Source of the DNA: Armatimonadota bacterium
GTDB lineage: Bacteria > Armatimonadota > DTGP01 > JAHWJO01
Assembly: GCA_038240635.1 (NCBI GenBank)
Contig: JBBRGS010000003.1
Coordinates: 1-50,533, forward strand
DNA: 50,533 bases
Reading direction: 5' to 3'
This document shows positions 19,005-28,717 of this stretch, piece by piece. Position 1 is the stretch's first letter, and every line of letters starts with the position of its first letter. The notes under the pieces were generated by a model. It was given only the letters and a program-made list of their open reading frames with translations, did not search any database and was not told the origin of the DNA. A program made the position numbers and the translations under genes.

Positions 19005-21380
19005 ATGCAGCCCATGAAATCTTCTCGCTTCAGCAAAACCTTTCATCCACGTGCCGTCGCCCTGAGTTTTCTGATGGGATTGCTGGCGCTTCTCTCTCCC
19101 CTGGCGCATGGCCAGCTGCTCTTCGCGCCCGGCAAGACCTTTTTTACCGGCGGCAGCCCACGCGGCATAGTCACCGCCGACGTCAACGGCGACGGTAAAC
19201 TCGATCTTCTGATCGCGGGCGGGCCGTCGGGGGGCATCATCCTGTTGACTGGAGATGGAAAAGGCGGATTTGGAACGGCGACTCCTCTCGCTTCCGGCAA
19301 TTCGGAAGCGCTGGCGGCGGGGGACTTCAATAAGGACAGGAAAGTGGATATTCTCTCCGTTGATGGGGCTGTCGGAACGGGTGGAATGGCGCTCCTTTCC
19401 GGCAACGGCGACGGGACGTTTCAGGTCATCACGGTCCTTCCCACTGGCTCCACCCCCATCGCGGTCGCCGCCGGGGATGTGACCGGCGAGGGCACACCGG
19501 ATTACTTCTCCGCTAACCTTCTGGGGAACAGTGTTACCGCCGTCCTGACGAGGACGACAAGCGTAACGTCCACCAACCTTCCCGTGAGCAGAGGTCCCGC
19601 GAACCTCCTGGTTGCGGATGTAAACGGCGACGGCAAAAACGATCTTCTCACAGCGTCTCAGAGCGAGGGCGTGGTCAGCGTCCGGCTGGGGAAGGGTGAC
19701 GGGACGTTCACTACCGCGCCCGATCTTCCGGCGGTTTCCGGCGCGACAGGACTGGCGCTCGGCGACTTCAACGGAGATGGGAAACCGGATATTGGGGTGG
19801 GCGGCGGTTCAACAATCGCGATCCTCCTGAACAAAGGCGGCGGCTCGTTCGACTCTCCGATCTCCACGGAAGCGGGTCGCAATATCCACGCGCTGGCGCC
19901 CGGCGACTTTAACGGCGACGGTAATCTGGATCTCGCGGTGGCGGATCAGGCCGACGGGTTTTTCGTCCTGCCGGGTACCGGCGGCGGCTCCTTTAATCCC
20001 CCCCTAAAAACTTACGCCGGGCGAACGCCTTATGGCCTGGCGGAGGGAGACTTTAATGGCGACGGCAAAACCGACCTCGCCATCACCGATAGCAGCGCTG
20101 CGAGCGTGACGGTACTGCTTCAGCAGACGCCAAATCTCAATGCCCCGGTCTTTTCCGCTCCCATCCCTTTGACCACCGGGGCGGGCGCCAGCGGGTTGGC
20201 GGTTGGAGAATTGAACGGCGATGGCAAAGTTGATCTGATGGTCGCCAACACGGGGGGGACCCAACAGGGCGGCAGCGTCAGCCTTCGATTGGGCAAGGGA
20301 GACGGGACGTTCGACTCCAGAGGGGACAGTCCCTTCAGCAGTCACCCTGATGCGGTAGCGTTCGGCGATTTCAACGGCGATGGGAAAGCCGATCTGGTCC
20401 TTGCGGTCATGGTGAACGGCGCGGGGAGCCTGCTTCTCGGTAAGGGCGATGGAACCTTTACCACTGCGACGGAGTTTACTTTGGGTTCCGGGCCGCATCA
20501 CCTTGCAGTCGGGGACTTCAACGGCGATGGGAAACTCGATCTCGCCTCCGCCAATAACGGGGCGAGCACGATTACGGCGCTGTTAGGAAACGGCGACGGC
20601 TCCCTGCGGCCGCCCCAAACATTTCCGGGCGGCGCTCTGCCGTATGGCCTCACGGCGGCGGATTTCAACGGCGACGGCAAAACCGATCTCGTCGCAATCG
20701 ATCACGCCGACAACGTTAAAAATGTGCTGATCCTCCTCGGCGGGAGCGACGGGATCGCCTCCGGTCTCTCCGTAGCGGGAGGTCGCAGCCTCTCAGGTCT
20801 CGCCGTCGGCGACTTCAACCGGGATGGCAAGCCCGATATCGCCACGCTGGACAGCTATTTCCGCACTCTGAGCATTCTGCTCGGCGCTGGAAACGGCCAG
20901 TTTCCCACCACAAAAACCTTTGGCGGCGCGGGGGATCGAGCGATGGTCGCGGGCGACTTCAACGGCGATGGCAATCCTGATCTCGCCATGACCGACTCCA
21001 AGGGCGTAGTGGATCTCTTCCAGGGGTCCGGTGAGGCGGGGTTACAGTTTGTCAACGCCTTTGCTGCGGGACAAGACCCCGACGCGCTGGCCACCGCCGA
21101 TTTCAACGGCGACGGAAAACCCGATCTGGCCGTCGTGGACAGGGCCGAAGGCGGCGTCCAAATCCTGCTCAATCAAACGCCCTCCTCCGGTGGAGGGCTG
21201 GCCGGGGACGCGAACGGCGACGGGAAAATCAGCGTGCAGGATGCCATCATCGCGCTACAGATCGTCGTCGGCATCATCCCTGGCAACGATCCCAGGGTTC
21301 CGAAGGCGGATGCGACCGGCGATGGGAAAGTCACCATTGCCGACGCCATTCTGATTCTGAGAAAAGCGGTCGGAATATAG
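19005..21380 (+). CDS. Secreted FG-GAP/VCBS repeat protein (14 repeats) with C-terminal dockerin-like domain
   Basis: 14 (G/A)DxNGDGxxDL-type repeats counted; C-terminal duplicated GDANGDGKISVQDA / ADATGDGKVTIADA; signal peptide ending AHG. Confidence 0.9.
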   Translation: MQPMKSSRFSKTFHPRAVALSFLMGLLALLSPLAHGQLLFAPGKTFFTGGSPRGIVTADVNGDGKLDLLIAGGPSGGIILLTGDGKGGFGTATPLASGNSEALAAGDFNKDRKVDILSVDGAVGTGGMALLSGNGDGTFQVITVLPTGSTPIAVAAGDVTGEGTPDYFSANLLGNSVTAVLTRTTSVTSTNLPVSRGPANLLVADVNGDGKNDLLTASQSEGVVSVRLGKGDGTFTTAPDLPAVSGATGLALGDFNGDGKPDIGVGGGSTIAILLNKGGGSFDSPISTEAGRNIHALAPGDFNGDGNLDLAVADQADGFFVLPGTGGGSFNPPLKTYAGRTPYGLAEGDFNGDGKTDLAITDSSAASVTVLLQQTPNLNAPVFSAPIPLTTGAGASGLAVGELNGDGKVDLMVANTGGTQQGGSVSLRLGKGDGTFDSRGDSPFSSHPDAVAFGDFNGDGKADLVLAVMVNGAGSLLLGKGDGTFTTATEFTLGSGPHHLAVGDFNGDGKLDLASANNGASTITALLGNGDGSLRPPQTFPGGALPYGLTAADFNGDGKTDLVAIDHADNVKNVLILLGGSDGIASGLSVAGGRSLSGLAVGDFNRDGKPDIATLDSYFRTLSILLGAGNGQFPTTKTFGGAGDRAMVAGDFNGDGNPDLAMTDSKGVVDLFQGSGEAGLQFVNAFAAGQDPDALATADFNGDGKPDLAVVDRAEGGVQILLNQTPSSGGGLAGDANGDGKISVQDAIIALQIVVGIIPGNDPRVPKADATGDGKVTIADAILILRKAVGI

Positions 21381-21442
21381 AATAGAGCGGAGGAACCGAG
21401 GCCGGGGGGCGGCGAACCCAATCAAAACGGTTCGTTCTCGTC

Positions 21443-21958
21443 TCATGGGGTTTGCGAGGCGGCCTGATAAGTGACAGCTAAGTTCCGGTCGTTGTGAGAC
21501 AGACGGGCGATGGCCTTCAGACGCTCAATCTCAGGGGGCATGTCAAGGACGCTGAGTTCCCGGTTGTCGAGGGCGTTGATCACCCGCTCGGCGAGGCGGA
21601 TGGCGGCGAGAACCAGCAGCTCGTTCTCATACTCCACGTAGACGTGAAAGCGGCCACGAGGGTCCACGCGCCAGTTCCACTGGGTTTCACCGGCCAGCCC
21701 GGCATGAGGCGACGCTTGCCCTTGCAACTCGATGATGAGATGTTCGAGAAGGTGGGGGATTTCGGTGGACTGGCACTCCTGGCGGAAGGTCCAGCCCTGG
21801 TGATTGTCGCACTCGTGGCTCTCCAGGTGTGGGAAGAGCCGGAACAGCCTGCGGGGGAGGTGGGGCGCCTTGTCCGTAGTGCAGCGGTCGGGATCGGGCA
21901 TCTCCACCGTTAATTTGACTATCTTCTTCTCAAGGAAGATGACTTCCAGCACCCGCAT
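21443..21958 (-). CDS. Stand-alone cyanophycin synthetase N-terminal-domain-like protein (putative Zn endopeptidase)
   Basis: FPHLESHEC…F…TEIPHLLEHLIIELQ…GET…GRFHVYVEYENE parallels CphA1 N-domain LPxLxxHxC…GF…HxxEHxxLELQ…G.Y.V..EY; RBS GAAAGGA. Confidence 0.7.
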   Translation of the reverse strand: MRVLEVIFLEKKIVKLTVEMPDPDRCTTDKAPHLPRRLFRLFPHLESHECDNHQGWTFRQECQSTEIPHLLEHLIIELQGQASPHAGLAGETQWNWRVDPRGRFHVYVEYENELLVLAAIRLAERVINALDNRELSVLDMPPEIERLKAIARLSHNDRNLAVTYQAASQTP

Positions 21959-22136
21959 GGGTTTATCCTTTCTCTCCAAAAGAGAAAAATGAATCGGGAT
22001 AATAGCCGCCAGGGCCGCCATGACGACGGAAAGGGCGCCGGGATGACCCAGGTGTGTGAAGGGTTGAGGCTGGCAGAGAAAGTCTCGTTAGCGAAGGCGC
22101 TACCACCCTATCAGAAACGGCGGCCTCTGGCAAGCC

Positions 22137-22154
22137 TGTGACAGTAGTGTCACA
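22137..22154. promoter_or_regulatory. Perfect 7-4-7 palindrome, candidate operator
   Basis: TGTGACA-gtag-TGTCACA; a minus-strand TTGACA lies at 22161-22166. Confidence 0.5.
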
Positions 22155-22254
22155 TCAGGGTGTCAAATTCAGGGAACCTATACGCCTTGAGAGCGAGGGG
22201 CGCCCGGAAGTCCTTCGGTAGAGCACGGCAGCGGCGTGGAACCGGCTGGCTGGA

Positions 22255-22617
22255 TCAGCGCCCGCCCTGCTCCATCGCTTTCAGGGCTTCCGTCTCGGTG
22301 TCGAACATGAGGAAGATCGTGTTGAGGCGCGTGATCTTCAGCATGCGGGCGATGACCTGATTGCACCCGATGAGGGCGAGAGCGCCGCCTTCGGGCCGCA
22401 GCCGTTTCTTCGCGCCGAGCAGCGCCCCGAAGCCGCTGGAGTCCATGTAGCCGACATTCTCCAGGTTGATGAGGAGTTGGGTGTGCCCCTCTTCGATCAC
22501 GGAGGCGAGCTGCTCCTTGAACTGGGGCACGGTGTACACGTCCACTTCGCCGCTGATGTCCAGGACGGGGATGTCGTGTTCCACGCGGCGGCTGATCTCC
22601 AATTTGGGGGGTTCCAT
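22255..22617 (-). CDS. STAS-domain anti-sigma factor antagonist (RsbV/SpoIIAA-like)
   Basis: ISGEVDVYT…INLENVGYMDSSGFGAL with phosphorylatable Ser; alternative starts at 22644/22659. Confidence 0.92.
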   Translation of the reverse strand: MEPPKLEISRRVEHDIPVLDISGEVDVYTVPQFKEQLASVIEEGHTQLLINLENVGYMDSSGFGALLGAKKRLRPEGGALALIGCNQVIARMLKITRLNTIFLMFDTETEALKAMEQGGR

Positions 22618-22723
22618 CAACGACGCTCCCTTTCTCGTATCCATAAACCCTCTTTCCATATTCTGGCGACACTTCGGATGGGTTAACTGAACTATCGGTT
22701 GGAAGATGTACGCTTGTTTACGT

Positions 22724-24559
22724 TCATGAAGCGAGAGGCAGAGGCATTCCGAACGCCTCCATCCAGCCGCGCAACAGCCGGATACGGGTTGCCTCCTCCG
22801 ACGACGGTGCGAGGGGACGCCCGCGACCGTCCAGCATCAGCCCCACGACTCCGCCCCTGACGGTCGCCCGCATGAGTTTGCCGCGCCCGGCCCCCACATC
22901 GAAGCCCCGCGCGGGCGTGAGTTCCACTTCGGCGGTCTCGCCCACGCCCAGCGGCATGACCTTCACCTCGCCAATGCGCAGAGTCTCCCGCCGACCGTTC
23001 ATGCTCACCGCGCAGACCTCCTCCCCCGCGCGGGCGGTCCCTACGGGAGCGATGCAATCGCCGAGGAGGATGAGGCAGTCGCGCTCGAAGACCTGGGACG
23101 CCGCTTCAGGCAGGACGGTGGAGAGCACGCCGAGCTGTGGCATCATGAAGATGGAGTCGACCGCGAGGGTGGTGACGCCTTCCGGCTCCCATGCGTCCAT
23201 CATCATAAGGGCGGCCTGCTGGCGGAGGGGCGCGTGGCTCAGGACGCCGCCGCTCCCCACAATCATATCGAGGGCCATCATCTTTACCAGCGTCTGCCCG
23301 GTGCCGCCCTGCGTGAGTGCTTCTCCAATAGTACGCGTCTGCTGCACGCCCTTCAAGCCCCTGGCCAAAGATTTGTGGTGTTCAAACGCCAATCGGAGGG
23401 CTTCGCGGGCGACCGCCTGTTCCACATATAAATCATCCAGCGTCTGCGGCACGGTGGTCGGGCGGATCATCTTGTTGCGAAGGCGGTTGCGAAGTTCCTC
23501 TTCGGTGATGGAGAAGGGAATCCAGCGCATAAGGTTCGGGATGCCCGCCTCGGTCATCACGTTGCAGATGGAGTACGACATCCCCAGGTTGGCGCTGACA
23601 GTGCGGTTGAAGACCTCGGAGAAGACGCTGAACACGTCGGTAGTGGCGCCGCCGATGTCCACCGCCAGCACGTCAATCCCCCGCTGCGCCGCGATGGTCC
23701 GAATAATCTCCCCGACGGCGTTGGGCGTCGCCATGATGCCGCGACTGGTCCACGTGAGGAGTTTGCTGTAGCCGGGGGCTTGCTGCATGACGTGGTGAAG
23801 AAACAGTTCGTGGATGGCTTCGCGGGCGGGAAGGAGGTTCTCTTTCTCCAGAGTGGGCCGCAGGTTGGGGACGATGTGGAGGTCCACGCGGTCATCCAGC
23901 GTCTTCGCCACAGCGTCCGCGGCGCCCTGATTGCCCGCGTAGATGACGGGGACTTTGGCCTCGCCACCCAGGCGCGGGCGGGGGTCGGCGGCGACGATCA
24001 TTTCGGCGATTTCGACCAGGTGGGAGACGGTGCCGCCGTCGGTGCCGCCGGAGACGAGCAGCATATCGGGGCGAACCTGCCGGATGCGCTCCACCTTCTG
24101 ATACTCGCGGCGACCGTCGTCCACCGCCACGGTGTCAATCACGATGGCCCCGGCGCCGAGGGCGGCCCGGTTCGCGCTCTCCGCCGACATCGCCTTGACG
24201 ACCCCGGCGACCATCATCTGAAGGCCGCCGCCCGCGCTGGACGTGGAGAGATAGAGGTCCACGCCGACCTGGGGGCCGGTGGAGGGGACGATGATGCCGC
24301 CATCGGGGTCGGGGGCGAGGAGGGTGAAGCCGGAGAGTTCCTCCAGTTCGCGGACGGCGTTGCGGACGCCGACGGTGACGTCGTCGAAGGGGGCTTCGAC
24401 GGTGGTGGGGGCCTCGCCGCGATGGGTGAGGCGATACTCGGCGCCGACGCGCTGGATGAGGATGGCTTTGGTGGTCGTGCTGCCGCAGTCGGTGGCGAGG
24501 ATGGAGTGAACGGCGTCCAGGGTGGCGTCCTTCCCGGGGAGTGTCGGCCCGCGCCTCAT
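22724..24559 (-). CDS. GlmL/MutL-family ASKHA ATPase (glutamate mutase L-like, putative B12-enzyme reactivase)
   Basis: [60 protein letters not shown]. Confidence 0.8.
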   Translation of the reverse strand: MRRGPTLPGKDATLDAVHSILATDCGSTTTKAILIQRVGAEYRLTHRGEAPTTVEAPFDDVTVGVRNAVRELEELSGFTLLAPDPDGGIIVPSTGPQVGVDLYLSTSSAGGGLQMMVAGVVKAMSAESANRAALGAGAIVIDTVAVDDGRREYQKVERIRQVRPDMLLVSGGTDGGTVSHLVEIAEMIVAADPRPRLGGEAKVPVIYAGNQGAADAVAKTLDDRVDLHIVPNLRPTLEKENLLPAREAIHELFLHHVMQQAPGYSKLLTWTSRGIMATPNAVGEIIRTIAAQRGIDVLAVDIGGATTDVFSVFSEVFNRTVSANLGMSYSICNVMTEAGIPNLMRWIPFSITEEELRNRLRNKMIRPTTVPQTLDDLYVEQAVAREALRLAFEHHKSLARGLKGVQQTRTIGEALTQGGTGQTLVKMMALDMIVGSGGVLSHAPLRQQAALMMMDAWEPEGVTTLAVDSIFMMPQLGVLSTVLPEAASQVFERDCLILLGDCIAPVGTARAGEEVCAVSMNGRRETLRIGEVKVMPLGVGETAEVELTPARGFDVGAGRGKLMRATVRGGVVGLMLDGRGRPLAPSSEEATRIRLLRGWMEAFGMPLPLAS

Positions 24560-24815
24560 CTTATCACTTAAGGGGAAGGGCTTCAAGCGGAGGGGAGAGG
24601 GTTTTCAGGACCGTCCCCAACCCGCTACACTCCTGATAAGCCCGGTCTTCCTCTATGCAACGAATGAGAAGGGTAACGCTCCGAGAAATTCCGCATTGAA
24701 CGACACTTCACATAAGCGCGGGATGACGATTCGGAAGAGGAAGGGAACAACGCGCCGACTCATGGCGTCATGCGATTGCCGGGATCAGGCGGCCCATCGT
24801 CCAGGGAGCGGGAGC

Positions 24816-25601
24816 ATGAAGAGGACCCCACGAGGTTTCACGCTGATCGAGTTGCTGGTGGTGATCGCCATCATCGCCGTGCTGGCCGCCTTGCTGTTCC
24901 CCGTGTTCGCCCAAGCGCGCGAGAAGGCCCGGCAGGCGGCCTGCTCCAGCAACCTTCACCAACTTGGCATCGCGTTTCAACTCTACTGGCAGGATGAAGG
25001 TGAGGAGTTCAATTTTTATGGGGTGGGCGATCCCACTCGTGATGATTACGGAGTTTACGGCAAATGGCAGTGGGCGATTGATCCGTACCTGAAGAGTCAG
25101 GAGGTCTGGCGTTGTCCTTCCAATCCCAACTCGGACTGGAGCGCCAGAATCTACAAAGATCATCCCGAATACTTTGCTTACAACAAGCGGCCGCCCAAAC
25201 CGACCTCCTACGGGATTAACTCCTGGTTAATTTATGATGACGGCAGATGGGTCGCCAATGGCTTTTACTTTAACTACAGTCAACTACGTGACCCTTCGTT
25301 CAATATTTTAGTGGGGGAAATCTTGATATTTGATGTAATATTTCCTTCCGGGTACGGAGATCACCGAGATTTTGGGGATGCAGAACCTGACCCAGACTGC
25401 GGAATCATTCTACGTCACGGGGCTGTGACCAATTATCTTTTTTTTGATGGGCACGTCAAAGCCCTGCGTCCCGTCCAGACAGCCCTTCCCAGGCAGAGAT
25501 GGTTCCCCCCGGAACTCCACCTTGACAGAGGCTCGGATATTAAGGTTCAGCAATTGCTTGATTTTTATGTGAGTCATACTTGGTCCAAAGCCTGTCGCTA
25601 A
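24816..25601 (+). CDS. Prepilin-type N-terminal cleavage/methylation + H-X9-DG (DUF1559-like) protein, copy 1
   Basis: G|FTLIE class III signal, [41 protein letters not shown]. Confidence 0.92.
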   Translation: MKRTPRGFTLIELLVVIAIIAVLAALLFPVFAQAREKARQAACSSNLHQLGIAFQLYWQDEGEEFNFYGVGDPTRDDYGVYGKWQWAIDPYLKSQEVWRCPSNPNSDWSARIYKDHPEYFAYNKRPPKPTSYGINSWLIYDDGRWVANGFYFNYSQLRDPSFNILVGEILIFDVIFPSGYGDHRDFGDAEPDPDCGIILRHGAVTNYLFFDGHVKALRPVQTALPRQRWFPPELHLDRGSDIKVQQLLDFYVSHTWSKACR

Positions 25602-25645
25602 CCTGACCAGCTTTCCTCCCCCCCACGGAGACCTTCCCTCCTCCT

Positions 25646-25674
25646 CCTTCTCATCGTTCCATTCGTATCAAGCC
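25646..25674 (+). repeat. Conserved intergenic motif, copy 1
   Basis: CCTTCTCATCGTTCCATTCGTATCAAGCC. Confidence 0.85.
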
Positions 25675-25716
25675 GGGAGCGCTCCAGGCTTCCTTCCAAA
25701 GAACCGAGAGACGGTC

Positions 25717-26481
25717 ATGAAGAGGACAAAACGAGGTTTCACACTGATTGAGCTGCTGGTGGTGATCGCCATCATCGCGGTCCTCGCCGCGCTGCTGTTC
25801 CCCGTGTTCGCTCAGGCGCGGGAGAAGGCGCGACAGGCCGCCTGTTCCAGCAACCTTCATCAACTCGGCATCGCGTTCCAGATGTACTGGCAGGACAATG
25901 ATGAACAGTTCGGTTTTTACCAAGGGGATGACCCCACGCGAGACGATTATGGTCTGTTTGGAAAATGGCAATGGGCAATTGATCCATACGTCAGGAGTCA
26001 GGAGGTCTGGCGGTGTCCTTCCAATAATTCGAGCGGTTGGTCACTCCAATCGCTCGAAATCCACCCCGAAGAGTTCGCTTACTCTCATCGGCCTCCTAAG
26101 CCGACGTCTTATGGATTGAGCGGTTTTTTGATAGCCGGCGGAAATTATGGGAAGGAAGCCCTTTCATTCAGTGACTTCTCAGACCTTAACTCCTACATCC
26201 TGGTGGGGGAAGTCTTATACGGAGATACCCTGTCTCCCCTTAATTTTGTGACGCGGCCAGTAGTTGAGGGGTTGGATCCAATCTGTGGCAGTGTCTTTCG
26301 GCATGGAGCCGCCTCCAACTACCTCTTCTTTGACGGCCACGTCAAGGCCCTTCGCCCGATCCAGACGATTCTCCCCCATCAATGCTATGTTCCGGAGGAA
26401 GCCTATAAGGGGTCCAACACGACAGCGCAAGAATACGCTGAGTATGTTGTGAAGTCTAAATGGTCCAAAGCCTGTCGCTAA
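25717..26481 (+). CDS. Prepilin-type H-X9-DG (DUF1559-like) protein, copy 2
   Basis: Same motifs; [12 protein letters not shown]. Confidence 0.92.
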   Translation: MKRTKRGFTLIELLVVIAIIAVLAALLFPVFAQAREKARQAACSSNLHQLGIAFQMYWQDNDEQFGFYQGDDPTRDDYGLFGKWQWAIDPYVRSQEVWRCPSNNSSGWSLQSLEIHPEEFAYSHRPPKPTSYGLSGFLIAGGNYGKEALSFSDFSDLNSYILVGEVLYGDTLSPLNFVTRPVVEGLDPICGSVFRHGAASNYLFFDGHVKALRPIQTILPHQCYVPEEAYKGSNTTAQEYAEYVVKSKWSKACR

Positions 26482-26518
26482 CCCTCCACCCTTCTGCCCA
26501 CGGAGCCCCCCTCCTCCA

Positions 26519-26547
26519 CCTTCTCATGGTTCCATTCGTATCAAGCC
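26519..26547 (+). repeat. Conserved intergenic motif, copy 2
   Basis: CCTTCTCATGGTTCCATTCGTATCAAGCC (28/29 identical to copy 1). Confidence 0.85.
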
Positions 26548-26572
26548 TCCTCCAAAGAACCGAGATGGCGTC

Positions 26573-27355
26573 ATGAAGAGGACCCAACGAGGCTTCACAC
26601 TGATTGAGCTGCTGGTGGTGATCGCCATCATCGCCGTGCTCGCCGCCCTGCTGTTTCCCGTGTTCGCCCAGGCGCGCGAGAAGGCGCGGCAGGCCGCCTG
26701 TTCCAGCAACCTTCATCAACTCGGCATCGCGTTCCAACTCTACTGGCAGGACGAAGGCGAGGAGTTCAACTTCTATATAGTAGACGATCCCACTCGTGAT
26801 GATTACGGCGGATTCGGCAAATGGCAGTGGGCGATTGACCCGTATCTGAAGGGCCAGGAGGTCTGGCGCTGTCCCTCCAATCCCAACTCGGACTGGAGCG
26901 CCAACTACTATAAAGCGCATCCGGAGTATTTCGCTTATCATAAGCGGCTGCCAAAGCCGATATCTTACGGTATTAACTACTGGTTAGCTGATGATAACCC
27001 CAGTTGGTCAGTGAATGGTGGCCTTGACTATGGTCAGCTTCGCAACCCTTCATCCTATATTTTGGTAGGCGAAACCTTGTATGGCGATGGGATAGACCCT
27101 TATGCCTTTGGTGATGTTCGAAACTTCGAAGATTTAGAACGTGATCCGGTCTGCGGATACATTTTTCGGCACGGCACTGTGACCAACTACCTATTCTTTG
27201 ATGGACACGTCAAGGCTCTGCGTCCTGTCCAGACAATCCTTCCCAATCAGCGGTGGTGGCCCCCCGAACTTCGTCTCACTAGAGAATGGAGTAATAAAGA
27301 CTCTCAGAATGTTATGGTTGGTTTTATGAATCGCTGGCCGAAAGAATGCCGTTAA
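26573..27355 (+). CDS. Prepilin-type H-X9-DG (DUF1559-like) protein, copy 3
   Basis: Same motifs; [12 protein letters not shown]. Confidence 0.92.
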   Translation: MKRTQRGFTLIELLVVIAIIAVLAALLFPVFAQAREKARQAACSSNLHQLGIAFQLYWQDEGEEFNFYIVDDPTRDDYGGFGKWQWAIDPYLKGQEVWRCPSNPNSDWSANYYKAHPEYFAYHKRLPKPISYGINYWLADDNPSWSVNGGLDYGQLRNPSSYILVGETLYGDGIDPYAFGDVRNFEDLERDPVCGYIFRHGTVTNYLFFDGHVKALRPVQTILPNQRWWPPELRLTREWSNKDSQNVMVGFMNRWPKECR

Positions 27356-27394
27356 ACCTTTGCTATCCTCTCACCGGAGACCTCTGATGTCAAA

Positions 27395-27421
27395 CCTTCT
27401 CATCGTTCCGTTCGTATTGAG
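27395..27421 (+). repeat. Conserved intergenic motif, copy 3
   Basis: CCTTCTCATCGTTCCGTTCGTATTGAG. Confidence 0.8.
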
Positions 27422-27664
27422 TTTCCTCGCCGGGATCGCCAGGTCGGGCGCCGCCTGAGGCCTCTCCATGATCGGCGATGAGGCGGAGTCGCAGTGCCGC
27501 CCTCCCGCGTTGCCCCGCTTCCCGTTGAACCGCTATACTTTTCCGGGCGGCGCGCGAGGCGGAGCCTTTGGTTTGACTCGTCTCCCGGCTTTTCTCCGCT
27601 TCTCCTTTGTGATCCCACCTTCTTCCTTTTCCTATTCCTCCTTTGCGAGAGAGCGAGGCGACTC

Positions 27665-28606
27665 TTGAAAATCCTCATCACGGGCGGCGCCGGATTCATC
27701 GGCAGCAACGTCGCCGAGCGCATGCTGGCCGACGGGTACGAGGTCGTCGTGCTGGACAACCTCTCCACCGGCCTGCGCGAAAACCTCCTCGACGGCGTGA
27801 AGTTTTACGAAGTGGACCTGTGCGACGCCGCCGGGGTCCGCGCCGTCTTCGAGGCCGAGCGGCCCGACTACGTGGCGCACCACGGCGCCCAGATTGATGT
27901 CCGGCGCTCCACCCGCGAGCCGCAGTATGACGCGCAGGTGAACATCATCGGCGGGATCAACGTGCTGGAAGCGTGCCTCGCCTTCCCCGTGAAGAAACTC
28001 CTCTACGCCTCCACCGGCGGCGCCATCTACGGCGAACCCGAATACTTCCCCGCCGACGAACAGCACCCCATCCAGCCGATCAGCCAGTACGGCATCTCCA
28101 AGCACACCCTGGAGCATTACCTGTTCCTCTACGGCAAACTCCACGGCCTGAACTGGACCGTCCTGCGCTACGCCAACGTGTATGGCCCGCGCCAGACGCC
28201 CCACGGCGAGGCCGGAGTCGTCGCCATCTTCGCGGGCAAGCTGATCACCGGGCAGCAGCCGGTCATCTTCGGCTCCGGCGATATGACGCGCGATTACGTC
28301 TTCGTCGGCGACGTGGTGGAAGCCAACGTCCTCGCCCTCACGAAAGGCGACGGGGAGATTTACAACATCGGCACGGGAGTCGCCACCTCCGTCCAGGAGG
28401 TCTTCGACACGGTGCGGAACGCCGTGGGCGCGACCGCCATCGAGCCGACTTACGCCGAGGAACGCCTGGGCGAGGTGAAGCACATCACCCTGAACGCCTC
28501 CAAAGCGAAAGCGGGCCTCGGCTGGGAAGCGAAGTCCAATTTCAAGGAAGGCGTGGCCCGCTCGGTGAACTTCTACAAACAGTACTTCGGCGCACACGGG
28601 ATGTAA
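27665..28606 (+). CDS. NAD-dependent epimerase/dehydratase (UDP-glucose 4-epimerase-like)
   Basis: TTG start; ILITGGAGFIGS, STGGAIYG, YGISK, RYANVYGPRQ, TRDYVFVGDV. Confidence 0.92.
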   Translation: MKILITGGAGFIGSNVAERMLADGYEVVVLDNLSTGLRENLLDGVKFYEVDLCDAAGVRAVFEAERPDYVAHHGAQIDVRRSTREPQYDAQVNIIGGINVLEACLAFPVKKLLYASTGGAIYGEPEYFPADEQHPIQPISQYGISKHTLEHYLFLYGKLHGLNWTVLRYANVYGPRQTPHGEAGVVAIFAGKLITGQQPVIFGSGDMTRDYVFVGDVVEANVLALTKGDGEIYNIGTGVATSVQEVFDTVRNAVGATAIEPTYAEERLGEVKHITLNASKAKAGLGWEAKSNFKEGVARSVNFYKQYFGAHGM

Positions 28607-28717
28607 CACCGCCGCTGCGACCCTCGCCCGGAAGGAGGCGGTCGCCCGTTCGCCGAACACCGAGGTGGGCGTTCACCGCGCCAATCGGGCCGCAGCCTTC
28701 TTCAGGAACCCCGCCGC

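Noticed and set aside
22724-24559. DNA mismatch-repair MutL
   Set aside because: Name coincidence only; the motifs are ASKHA-type (DxGSTx[10 protein letters not shown]), not GHKL
24659-24672. Inverted partial copy (aacgaatgagaagg) of the intergenic motif upstream of pilin gene 1
   Set aside because: About 13 bp with an indel, which is compatible with chance; no invertase nearby
24816-27421. Diversity-generating retroelement, integron or CRISPR explanation for the pilin-like array
   Set aside because: No reverse transcriptase, integrase or cas gene in the window; differences involve all bases and indels rather than only adenines; the intergenic motif is not an attC-type palindrome and recurs at ~875 bp
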